Of a DNA stretch of 64,000 nt, positions 49,795 through 58,007 are shown piece after piece. Below the pieces are notes generated by a model. It ran no database searches. It saw only the letters and a program-made list of their open reading frames with translations, and had not been told where the DNA came from. Origin of the DNA: Acidobacteriota bacterium (lineage in GTDB: Bacteria > Acidobacteriota > Thermoanaerobaculia > Gp7-AA8); the NCBI GenBank assembly GCA_019244185.1, contig JAFATB010000019.1, positions 160,001 to 224,000 of the forward strand. The letters are read 5' to 3'. Positions within the stretch are counted from its first letter, which is position 1, and every line of letters starts with the position of its first letter. A program made the position numbers and the translations under genes.

Positions 49795-50561
49795 ACAATT
49801 TGCGAGGCCGTCTCGGCGGCATGCTGACGTGGATCGCCGTCGTGCTCGTCTGGCACTTCGTGGCGGTCCATAGCAATGCCGGCCCGCTCTTCCCGCCGCC
49901 TGCGACTGTGCTCAAGGCATTCATCCTGTGGCTGCGTAGCGGTGATTTGGTTCAGGACGTTGCCGCAAGCTGCGGTCGGGTCACGCTCGGATGGCTGATT
50001 GGAACCGGAGTTGGACTTCTTGTTGGGCTCATTACAGGTGTGTGGTCGGTCGGCGATCGGACCATCGGCTCCGTACTCAACACGCTTCGTGCATTGCCGC
50101 CTGTCGCGCTCGTTCCGCTTGCGATTCTCTGGTTCGGTATTTCCGAAGTGTCCAAGATCGCGATCGTAGGATGGGGCGCCTTCTTCCCCGTCTGGTTAAA
50201 CACGCATATCGGAATCCGGGACATTGACCGAACCGTCGTGTGGGCTGCGCGGAGCCTCGGCGCGCGCGGTTCTTCGCTGCTCTTTCGCGTGATCTTGCCG
50301 GCGGCCCTGCCGCAAGTCGTAGCGGGAGTACGGCTGGCGATTGGCATCGCGTATGTCTGTGTCTTTGTGGCGGAACTGGCCGGAGCATCGCGCGGGCTCG
50401 GCTTCCGGATTGCGACGGCGCACCTGACGTTCCGTGCGGATCTGATGCTAGCTGGCTTAGCCGTCCTCGGATTCTTTGGCTACGCATCGGATCGCGTGTT
50501 CGTTCTAGGCACGGGATACCTGATGCCGTGGACACGAAGCAGCGTGGCTGGCAATGGGTGA
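49791..50561 (+). CDS. SsuC/TauC-like ABC permease
   Basis: LPPVALVPLAILWFG, AARSLGA (EAA loop) and VILPAALP motifs. Confidence 0.92.
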   Translation: MNNLRGRLGGMLTWIAVVLVWHFVAVHSNAGPLFPPPATVLKAFILWLRSGDLVQDVAASCGRVTLGWLIGTGVGLLVGLITGVWSVGDRTIGSVLNTLRALPPVALVPLAILWFGISEVSKIAIVGWGAFFPVWLNTHIGIRDIDRTVVWAARSLGARGSSLLFRVILPAALPQVVAGVRLAIGIAYVCVFVAELAGASRGLGFRIATAHLTFRADLMLAGLAVLGFFGYASDRVFVLGTGYLMPWTRSSVAGNG

Positions 50562-52179
50562 AATCCCCCTGAATGCCTCACCACAAGCGCCGTTTGTTGT
50601 CCTCGATCGGCTGACGGTGGAGTATCGAAGGCACGGCGATAACCACGCGACCGCCGCCGTCCAGGACCTGAGCCTCTCCGTTCAGGAAAAGGAGTTCGTG
50701 GCCGTGGTCGGCCCAAGTGGATGTGGGAAATCGACCCTTATCCACACGCTCGCCGGCTTCGTTCCGCCGACGCGTGGGACTGTCACCGTTGGGGGAGCCG
50801 TGATTCAGGGTCCCTCCCCGGACCGGGGTGTTCTTTTCCAGCGTTTGGGGTTGTTCCCATGGGCAACGGTGGCGGCCAACGTTCGGTTCGGTCTCGATTT
50901 TGGCGGGACGGTTGGCGACGGACGTGCGTCGGTTGCCGAACTGCTGCAGCGAGTTGGTCTGGAGTCGTTTGCAGACTTCTATCCTGCGCAACTCTCGGGT
51001 GGTATGGCGCAACGCGTGGCCATCGCTCGCGTGCTTGCGCCAGCACCACAGGTGCTCTTGCTGGACGAGCCGTTTGTTGCGCTCGACGCACAGACGCGGG
51101 ATGAAATGCATCAACTCCTCTTGCGCCTCCACGAGCGGAAACCCATGACGGTCATTCTCGTGACGCACGACGTCGAAGAAGCCGTTCTCCTCGCCGACCG
51201 TGTCATCGTTCTGAGCGCGCGCCCGGCTCACGTCGTGCAGGACGTCCCCGTCGACCTGGGGCGGCCCCGCGAGCGCGATATGGCGATGGATGAGCGCTTC
51301 ATCGCGAGCCGCATTGAGATTTCCGATGCACTCCGGGAGGAGGTCTTGAGAGCGCGCCTCCAAGCCCGCACGCGAACGCTCCGCGCAAAGGGACGCAGGG
51401 TCATCCGAGTAGGCGCAGTGCCCACGGCTGAATCAGCACCATTGACACAAATCCGTGCGACTGCACCGACGGACGACGTTCTCTACGAATTCTTTGAGTA
51501 CGATTCTGGCGCCGCCATTGTGCGAACGCTTCTCAGCGGTGAGTGTGACGTGGCCGTCTTGGGCGCTTGCCCAGTTCTTGCGGCGCTCCACGAAGAGGCT
51601 GCGCTCGTTGTGGTGCGCGATGGCGGCCATGTCAAGAGTGGCTTGGCCGCGGCTTTGGTCGCGACGCCGACGGTTGCTGGTCTCACGCCCGAAGAGCTTG
51701 CGGAACTGCCGATTGGCATCAACGGACGCGGATCAAACGCGGAGTACCTAACACGCGCTTTTTTCCGAGACATCCAGCGCGAGGTGTCGATGGTCGTGAA
51801 ACCGTTCGACCAGCTTCTGCGGGAACTTGAGAAGCGGCGATTGCAGCTCGCCGGCCTGCCTGCACCCTATCTCCAACGGGCCGTCACCGATCTAGGTTGC
51901 GCGGTTGTCTGCAACTTTGCCGAGCTGGTCAACCCATTGCAGATCGCTGTGGTCGTCTGCAGGCGAGAACTGGATGGGTTCCTCCTGCATCCATTCGTAC
52001 GACAGTGGGACATCGCGGTACGTGAGATGGCCGCGAAGCTCAATTATGACGGCGATGCTTCCGCAACGAGGTGGTCGAATGAGCAGCTCGCCGACCGGCT
52101 CGCGGTGCTTGACCATTTAGTCGTCGCACCTGCGTACGGGAACACACTGCGGGTGAGTGACTACGTGCGCCTCGAATAG
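50554..52179 (+). CDS. SsuB/TauB-like ABC ATPase fused to a C-terminal SBP-like domain
   Basis: GPSGCGKS, LSGGMAQR, LLLDEPF and VTHD motifs, then about 270 aa starting IRVGAVPTAESAPL with DVAVLG and IGINGRGS. Confidence 0.85.
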   Translation: MGEIPLNASPQAPFVVLDRLTVEYRRHGDNHATAAVQDLSLSVQEKEFVAVVGPSGCGKSTLIHTLAGFVPPTRGTVTVGGAVIQGPSPDRGVLFQRLGLFPWATVAANVRFGLDFGGTVGDGRASVAELLQRVGLESFADFYPAQLSGGMAQRVAIARVLAPAPQVLLLDEPFVALDAQTRDEMHQLLLRLHERKPMTVILVTHDVEEAVLLADRVIVLSARPAHVVQDVPVDLGRPRERDMAMDERFIASRIEISDALREEVLRARLQARTRTLRAKGRRVIRVGAVPTAESAPLTQIRATAPTDDVLYEFFEYDSGAAIVRTLLSGECDVAVLGACPVLAALHEEAALVVVRDGGHVKSGLAAALVATPTVAGLTPEELAELPIGINGRGSNAEYLTRAFFRDIQREVSMVVKPFDQLLRELEKRRLQLAGLPAPYLQRAVTDLGCAVVCNFAELVNPLQIAVVVCRRELDGFLLHPFVRQWDIAVREMAAKLNYDGDASATRWSNEQLADRLAVLDHLVVAPAYGNTLRVSDYVRLE

Positions 52180-52201
52180 ACGATGGACGTGGGGACTCAC
52201 G

Positions 52202-53638
52202 TTGACAACAGCGAGCGATCAGTCAGGCTTTAGGCGTCTACGGGACGCCATAGAAGCCGTGGTGCGTCTCCGCCAGCAGGCTTGGCACGCCATCGTCGAG
52301 CATCTGTCACGACTGCGACCCGCCGGCGACGGCGGCGAAACAACGCGAGCCTCAAGGGTGCGGCGCGTATGCGTTCTCGTCTCAAGCTCGCGTGGCGGCG
52401 GTAGCGTAACGGCCGAGATGCTCCAGTGGCAAGGCGCCGAGTGTGACGTTTGGGGCCGCAGGATTCTCAGCCTTCCTGGCGAAGAGAAGCCGCATCTGAT
52501 TCTGGCCGGTTTGGCATATCCGGCACGGTCTGAGCGCTACGACGATCTCGAAGCCCCAGACGCATGCGCATCCGCTGTTGAGGGGCTGCTGAACGAGGTG
52601 TCGTCCGAAATAGGCTATCCGGCTGCCCAGACCAGCGATTGGCACCTCTACGCCTCCCAGCTTTACCGGCGTCTGTTGCTGCAGTGGCCCTTCGAGATGA
52701 TTCGGCTGCACCCGGAAGCCGTGACTTGTTCGATCGCCGACACGCTCCTGCGCGCGTTCCCTGAAGGATACCGCGACACGCCCGACAATAGGCGCCGCGT
52801 GCTGGACTGCTGCGTGTCTTGCTTCCCGTTTATTCGGTCCTCCTTCTACGACTGCGGCATCCTACGCAATACAAGCGACGCTCGCCTGCTCGCGCACGGG
52901 GCTTGGTCCTATGAGGAGCCACCATTCGTGCTTCCACCACCTTGGCACCATGCAAGCGCCGCAGAAGTTGAATGCGGAACACTCCTTCTTCGCGACCCCT
53001 CGAACGCTTGGCGGCTGCCATTCTGGCGGGTCACCTTTCCGACACAAGACATACGACTCCTGCATCTCGTTCGGGACGTAGCGGAGTCCGTCCAAGGTCT
53101 TTGTGACGGCTGGAATTACGTCTTTGGCTTCCAGACGCTTCCGAGCGATTTGCCTCTCCGCATTTCTGGGTATTCGAATCACGTCACGAGTGTCGAGACA
53201 GCCTGGAAGCGCTTTCGACTCAACTTCTCCGTCGATCGCCAGCTCAGCGAGCTGCTGCTTACGGACCGGCGTCCTATGGAGCTTGCGCATGTGTGCTCGA
53301 TGCAGTGGCGATTCGCACACGAACGGATACTCGCCGATGCCTCCATCCTCAGTCTACCGCGGCTGCAGCTGCAGTTTTCGGACGTCCGATCCCAACCGCT
53401 CCAGGCGTTGGAGAACGCATGTGTAGCACTGAACCTCGGAGTATCGAAGTCTGGCGCTGACTATGGCCGATCGTTTTCCTCGCGGCGAGTCATGGCAACC
53501 GACACGAACGATCGCGGAGTTTCATTTGAGCGTTGGAGGCAGTCGCCCTACGCATCGGTGATAACGCGATTAGCCAAAAGCGAGGATGTTGCTAACGTAG
53601 CCCGCTGCCTCGGATTGACTCGGGTTCGGGACGACTAA
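52202..53638 (+). CDS. Sulfotransferase-like P-loop protein (start uncertain: 52157 or 52202)
   Basis: VLVSSSRGGGS PAPS-loop-like motif; LLLRDPSNAWRL and LHLVRD...L.DGW. Confidence 0.65.
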   Translation: MTTASDQSGFRRLRDAIEAVVRLRQQAWHAIVEHLSRLRPAGDGGETTRASRVRRVCVLVSSSRGGGSVTAEMLQWQGAECDVWGRRILSLPGEEKPHLILAGLAYPARSERYDDLEAPDACASAVEGLLNEVSSEIGYPAAQTSDWHLYASQLYRRLLLQWPFEMIRLHPEAVTCSIADTLLRAFPEGYRDTPDNRRRVLDCCVSCFPFIRSSFYDCGILRNTSDARLLAHGAWSYEEPPFVLPPPWHHASAAEVECGTLLLRDPSNAWRLPFWRVTFPTQDIRLLHLVRDVAESVQGLCDGWNYVFGFQTLPSDLPLRISGYSNHVTSVETAWKRFRLNFSVDRQLSELLLTDRRPMELAHVCSMQWRFAHERILADASILSLPRLQLQFSDVRSQPLQALENACVALNLGVSKSGADYGRSFSSRRVMATDTNDRGVSFERWRQSPYASVITRLAKSEDVANVARCLGLTRVRDD

Positions 53639-53691
53639 CATGGCCGCTACCGCGCGATTGAATTGTGGTCGAGCGTTTGGGAGGTTACTGT

Positions 53692-54495
53692 ATGCAAACG
53701 TGTTTAGCGCCGTTTTTCATCGGTCGCGCTGAATTGAATCTGGACATGCACGGCACCTTTGATGTCGTGTTGCCATCTGACTTGGTGGGCGATGAGCCTG
53801 GTTCGATGGAAGCTATCGTTCGCATCAATAGCGCAATACGAGATGTGGTCGCTGATTGTGCGGCGCGCGGCGAAGTGGCGCTCGTCTTGTGTGGGGATTG
53901 TTTGAGTGCCATTGGGTGTCTAGCCGGCCTCGAGCGACGTGATGTTTACCCCTTCCTGCTGTGGTTCGATGCTCACGGCGACTTCCACACGACAGAGACG
54001 ACGCTGAGCGGTCACCTCGGAGGAATGCCGCTAGCAATGATTACTGGCAGGGGCGATACCTCCTTGCTGTCAGGCGTGGGCCTTTCCCCGTTAGCCGACA
54101 CCCGTGTTTGCCTTATCGGCGCCCGAGATGTGGAGCCAGGCGAAAGAGAGCTACTTGCGGCTTCCGACGTGCTTCAGGGTCGATGTCTCGCTGACGTGTT
54201 GGAAAGATTGCCTAAGGGATGTCCGGTGTGGGTACACTTCGATACGGACTACATAAGCTCTCGCGACGCGCCAGCGATGCGCTATCCCGCGAGCGGAGGC
54301 CCTTCAGCGCTCGACGTTAGGGCAGAGTTCGAGATGATCGCACGAAGGTTCTCTGTCTTGGGAGTGTCAATATCAGCGTGGGCCCCTCACTTGGACGAAG
54401 GGAGCCGCACGGCGTCAGCATGCTGGGGGGCGATAGCCGGCATCCTGCCCCATGGAGATCGCGCGAATGAAAGCGGAGATCGGCGCGGCGACTAA
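53692..54495 (+). CDS. Arginase/ureohydrolase family protein
   Basis: GDC, WFDAHGDFH, SGHLGGMP, IGARD and VHFDTD motifs. Confidence 0.9.
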   Translation: MQTCLAPFFIGRAELNLDMHGTFDVVLPSDLVGDEPGSMEAIVRINSAIRDVVADCAARGEVALVLCGDCLSAIGCLAGLERRDVYPFLLWFDAHGDFHTTETTLSGHLGGMPLAMITGRGDTSLLSGVGLSPLADTRVCLIGARDVEPGERELLAASDVLQGRCLADVLERLPKGCPVWVHFDTDYISSRDAPAMRYPASGGPSALDVRAEFEMIARRFSVLGVSISAWAPHLDEGSRTASACWGAIAGILPHGDRANESGDRRGD

Positions 54496-54832
54496 GAGTA
54501 CGGATGCAGGTGCGTATGGACAAAATAACAGCGATTCAAGATCTCGCACGTGCCGCCTTTGGTGGCCCGCCGCAACTGGCCTACGGCGACTATCTCTGCG
54601 GAATCGCGACCAACCACCTCGGTCGGCATGCTCTTCGCGCCGAAAAATGGCAAAGAGTTGCGCGAGGACGTATGCGACGTGACGACCGCGGACATGAGCA
54701 TCGACGTTCTAAACGAGGCACAGGCGGATCGCCGTCGACCCCAAAACGCTCTCCACGGGCGAGGAGGAGTGGCGCACCCGTTCCTATGTCCGCGTCTTCA
54801 CCGCGTCACAACGCCGCCCGTCACGAGTGTTT

Positions 54833-55486
54833 TTATGAGATGTGCTCAGATGCCCTGCTCGCCGTCATCACTTGAAACTGCCGTGCATAGTCGTCAATGA
54901 GCATTTCTAGCGCCGCGACAGTTGTGCTCTTCCAGCGATCCAAATACGCAAATGTTTCGCGCTCCATCGCATGAAAACTGTGGGAAGTTGCCGCTCGATA
55001 TACAACGGCCGCCGCGAGTCCTATCGCGCCGATGACGAGCGGGACCTGAACTGCCGCGAGAGCCGTGCGGGCAATGGCCATCCGTACGCCGCCGCCCGCC
55101 AAGAGTCCCGCGGCCGCAGAATAGACGACCCGGCGGTCTGGAGCGAATGACACCGCCTGCACTGGTGGCAGTGTCGTCGCCTCTCTTGTATGCGCTGTCC
55201 ACGCGCTGTTGAACTCGTGGAAGCGCTTACGAAGCGAGACGTCGGCTCCCGCCAGCGACTCCAGCGCGTCTTTGGCCACGTGGTTGAGGAGCGAGTCGAG
55301 CAGCAGCCGCTCCTTCCGTCCCAATACTGCTTCGAAGTAGCCAGCGATGCGCTCTCTTGCTTGCGCCGCGTCGGACGAGCCGGGCTCCAGGTAATGCGAG
55401 CGTACGTACTCGATCAACTCAGCGCTGATCTCGTCCGCATCACGCCGCGTTCTCTGTCGGGTCGAAAGAAATTCGGTCGATTGCAT
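54833..55486 (-). CDS. Helical protein with hydrophobic hairpin, dynamin partner
   Basis: GGGAGG-ATG 28 nt after the dynamin stop; AAAGLLAGGG...LVIGAIGLAAAVVY. Confidence 0.75.
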   Translation of the reverse strand: MQSTEFLSTRQRTRRDADEISAELIEYVRSHYLEPGSSDAAQARERIAGYFEAVLGRKERLLLDSLLNHVAKDALESLAGADVSLRKRFHEFNSAWTAHTREATTLPPVQAVSFAPDRRVVYSAAAGLLAGGGVRMAIARTALAAVQVPLVIGAIGLAAAVVYRAATSHSFHAMERETFAYLDRWKSTTVAALEMLIDDYARQFQVMTASRASEHIS

Positions 55487-55514
55487 GGTGTCCCTCCCGT
55501 ATCGCACGCGATGT

Positions 55515-57710
55515 TTAGAGGACTGCGGTGAGTTCGTCGATCGTTCCGCGCTCTTTCGCGGTCGTCTGTTCCTGTCCTTCGAGAAATCGAATCTCCTCCC
55601 GGAGAACCTCCGCTTCCTGGCGCTCGTTGAGCAGGCGGTCGTAGGCTGAGGAGCGCTCGGCGACCACCAACGCCATCCGGCTGTTGAAATCAGCCCGATA
55701 CCCACTAGCCGTAAGGCTGACCGCCTCGGTCATATCGTCGCTCAACTTCTGGACTGCCAGTTGAGACAGTTGGCGAAACTCCTCGAAATGTTTGCGCTCA
55801 TTGCGAATTTTCTGCTGGCGGTCAGGAGCACCATCGAAAAACTCCTTGGCCGCCTGCGCTCCCCCCAGCAGCGCGGCCCCCAGAACAGCACCGGGAGGTC
55901 CTCCGACCAGGAAGCCTCCGATGCCTCCGAGGAGTGCACCGATAATTCCGCCCACAGCCGCGCGCGGCTTCCGATCGCCTTTCACCTTGATGTACTCGTA
56001 CGCGCGGTCCTCCGCGTCACGTGTGATCGCTTCCATGCTAATTGTTGGAAGATGAACTGAGTACTTCGACTCGAACGTCTGTCCGAGCTCTCTCATCTTT
56101 CGCTCGTACGCCTCTCGGAGAGCCGCCACTCGTTGTTTAAGCAACCCATCGGATTCGTTGCTGAAATCGACGAGAAGTTTCTTCATCTCATCGATGGAAG
56201 CTGCGTCTGAGAGAGCTTTGTCGTATCGCTTCGCAAGCGCAGAAAACGCAACCTGCGTTTCGCCGAGGCCGGTGAAGGCGTCGAGGTCCTGCGTTCCAAA
56301 TGAGGCAAGCGCGTCCTGGTAGCGCTTTAAGATCTCCTTGAGCTGTTCAATCTCCTCCTCGAAATCTTCAGGGGGACGCGTCACCTGGCTCCTGCGCAAA
56401 TGGATGCGCTCACCGTAGATGCGGCGATGCTCGTGATAAGCATCTGCGATGTGGGTCAAGATCGAGCCTACGAAGCTCGCAAATGCCTTACTGGAAAACT
56501 CGCGCAGCAGAGCTTCCGCCGCATCGAAGTTGGAGTCGCGTGCCAGCGCTTGCCGGATCGTGGTGGCGGTGTCTGGCGATCGCCCTTTCTCCCGCTGCTC
56601 CGCTTCCTCCTGAATGTAGTAGGCCAGCAACCGCTTGATCTCTTCGTCGCGGCGCAGCGCCTCAACCTTCTCGCCCGCGTCGATGCGGTTCGCTATGATC
56701 TTGAGGAGGCTGTCGATGGCCAGAATACGCCCCCGCCTGATTTCAGACTCGGGGTAGAGCGAGTGCGTCTCGTGGACTAGCGTCGTGCGTTGAGCGGCTG
56801 TTAGCGACCAGGCGTGCGTCAGAAAGAGGAACGCGTTCTGCTTGGGCTTCTGCGGCACCTTATGCTTGAAGAAATGCTCCAGCGACCTGCTGGCGATGTT
56901 GTCGGCCCGGTGTAGCAGGACCACCGCGTCGGCATCGACGATGTACTTGATCGTCGCCTCGTCTAGTCCGCCACGCGCGTTGACCCCCGGCGTGTCGACG
57001 ATGTGGAGATCGGAGTACCCAAAGCGAAGTGGATATCCTACCGTCACCTGAACGGGGATTCGCTGCAAATCGCGGTACTCGTCGAGGTAGTGCCGGACGA
57101 GCGCGACGAACTTCGCCTTGGGAAGGCGATGTGGGCTTTCCAGGAGAGCCTCGCCATTCTCGTCGCGTCTCTCCAACAGTTCGGCCACGATCTCGTCGGT
57201 GATCGCCTCAGGCTGTTCGGTGAGCAGGTATTCGTTCAGCTGGAAGATCGGGAGATCACGATACTCCTCGCGCACCGCTGCGATGGCCTCTAGGCGGTCG
57301 CGCATCGGGCCGAGGTCTTCCGCCCTTCCGCTTTCAAATTCCAGCCGGGCTTCGGGCATCGTCCCGTACCGCACGCTGAGAAACACGGGGGGGCGTCCCG
57401 GCTGATACGCGGTGTCAACGATCTCAATGACGCCGCTCGTGCACTGAAGAATGTCGGAGGGAAGGACTCTCTGCCGAAGTAATGCGTTGAGGAACGTCGA
57501 CTTACCGGCCTTGGCCTCCCCAACGACTACCAGCAGGTACCTTCCTTCCGCGAGCTTTCTGATGTCGTTCGCGAGAAACTTTAGGTCGTTTTCCGACAGC
57601 GGATCGCTGACGTTAGTATTCTTCACCAGTTCCGATCGCGCCCGCATGTATCGGTGAAAGATGTCTAACGTCGCGGCGCGAATCTGTTCCTGTTGCTGCT
57701 GAGCGAACAC
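55515..57710 (-). CDS. Bacterial dynamin-like GTPase
   Basis: VVGEAKAGKSTFLNALL, CTS, IVDTPG and ADAV motifs; coiled coils; Gly-rich hydrophobic hairpin. Confidence 0.9.
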   Translation of the reverse strand: MFAQQQQEQIRAATLDIFHRYMRARSELVKNTNVSDPLSENDLKFLANDIRKLAEGRYLLVVVGEAKAGKSTFLNALLRQRVLPSDILQCTSGVIEIVDTAYQPGRPPVFLSVRYGTMPEARLEFESGRAEDLGPMRDRLEAIAAVREEYRDLPIFQLNEYLLTEQPEAITDEIVAELLERRDENGEALLESPHRLPKAKFVALVRHYLDEYRDLQRIPVQVTVGYPLRFGYSDLHIVDTPGVNARGGLDEATIKYIVDADAVVLLHRADNIASRSLEHFFKHKVPQKPKQNAFLFLTHAWSLTAAQRTTLVHETHSLYPESEIRRGRILAIDSLLKIIANRIDAGEKVEALRRDEEIKRLLAYYIQEEAEQREKGRSPDTATTIRQALARDSNFDAAEALLREFSSKAFASFVGSILTHIADAYHEHRRIYGERIHLRRSQVTRPPEDFEEEIEQLKEILKRYQDALASFGTQDLDAFTGLGETQVAFSALAKRYDKALSDAASIDEMKKLLVDFSNESDGLLKQRVAALREAYERKMRELGQTFESKYSVHLPTISMEAITRDAEDRAYEYIKVKGDRKPRAAVGGIIGALLGGIGGFLVGGPPGAVLGAALLGGAQAAKEFFDGAPDRQQKIRNERKHFEEFRQLSQLAVQKLSDDMTEAVSLTASGYRADFNSRMALVVAERSSAYDRLLNERQEAEVLREEIRFLEGQEQTTAKERGTIDELTAVL

Positions 57711-57744
57711 TCGTCACCTCTCCGCAAGGATGTTGTGTATGAAG

Positions 57745-57773
57745 GGAGTGACCGGAAAAAGCATTTCCCTACC
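57745..57773 (-). promoter_or_regulatory. GGTAGGGAA-N11-GGTCACTCC motif, copy 3
   Basis: GGAGTGACC-N11-TTCCCTACC on the plus strand, about 35 nt upstream of the dynamin GTG. Confidence 0.75.
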
Positions 57774-57789
57774 CCCCCCCACGCGCCAC

Positions 57790-57886
57790 CGACCGCACGG
57801 TGATTTGCAGGATCGCGTCACGGGGCGTAGCGCTTTCGCACGGTTACCGTCACCGTGTCGGTGCCGGCGTGTGTCGCGGTGTAGGC
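57790..57886 (-). pseudogene. Remnant 3' end of a paralogue of the 42893-44125 Ig-like gene
   Basis: Encodes YTATHAGTDTVTVTV then (shifted) ILQITVR, versus YTATHAGTDTVTLTV...VQIVVR; mostly synonymous differences. Confidence 0.75.
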
Positions 57887-58007
57887 GGGACGGTTCTCGG
57901 TGTTCCGCAGTTACACCGCGGCCGCCGGGCTACCGCCGGATCGGCGCCACTCGTACGTTTTGCCGTACCCGATACTGTCGGCCAACCCATCTGCTGTCAT
58001 CGTCCGG

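Noticed and set aside
54496-54832. Short ORFs between the arginase gene and the dynamin partner
   Set aside because: Competing frames, no motif and no clear RBS; possibly a gene remnant but unsupported.
57790-57886. DGR template/variable repeat pair with 42893-42990
   Set aside because: Differences are mostly synonymous third-position changes rather than adenine-specific, and no reverse transcriptase is present.
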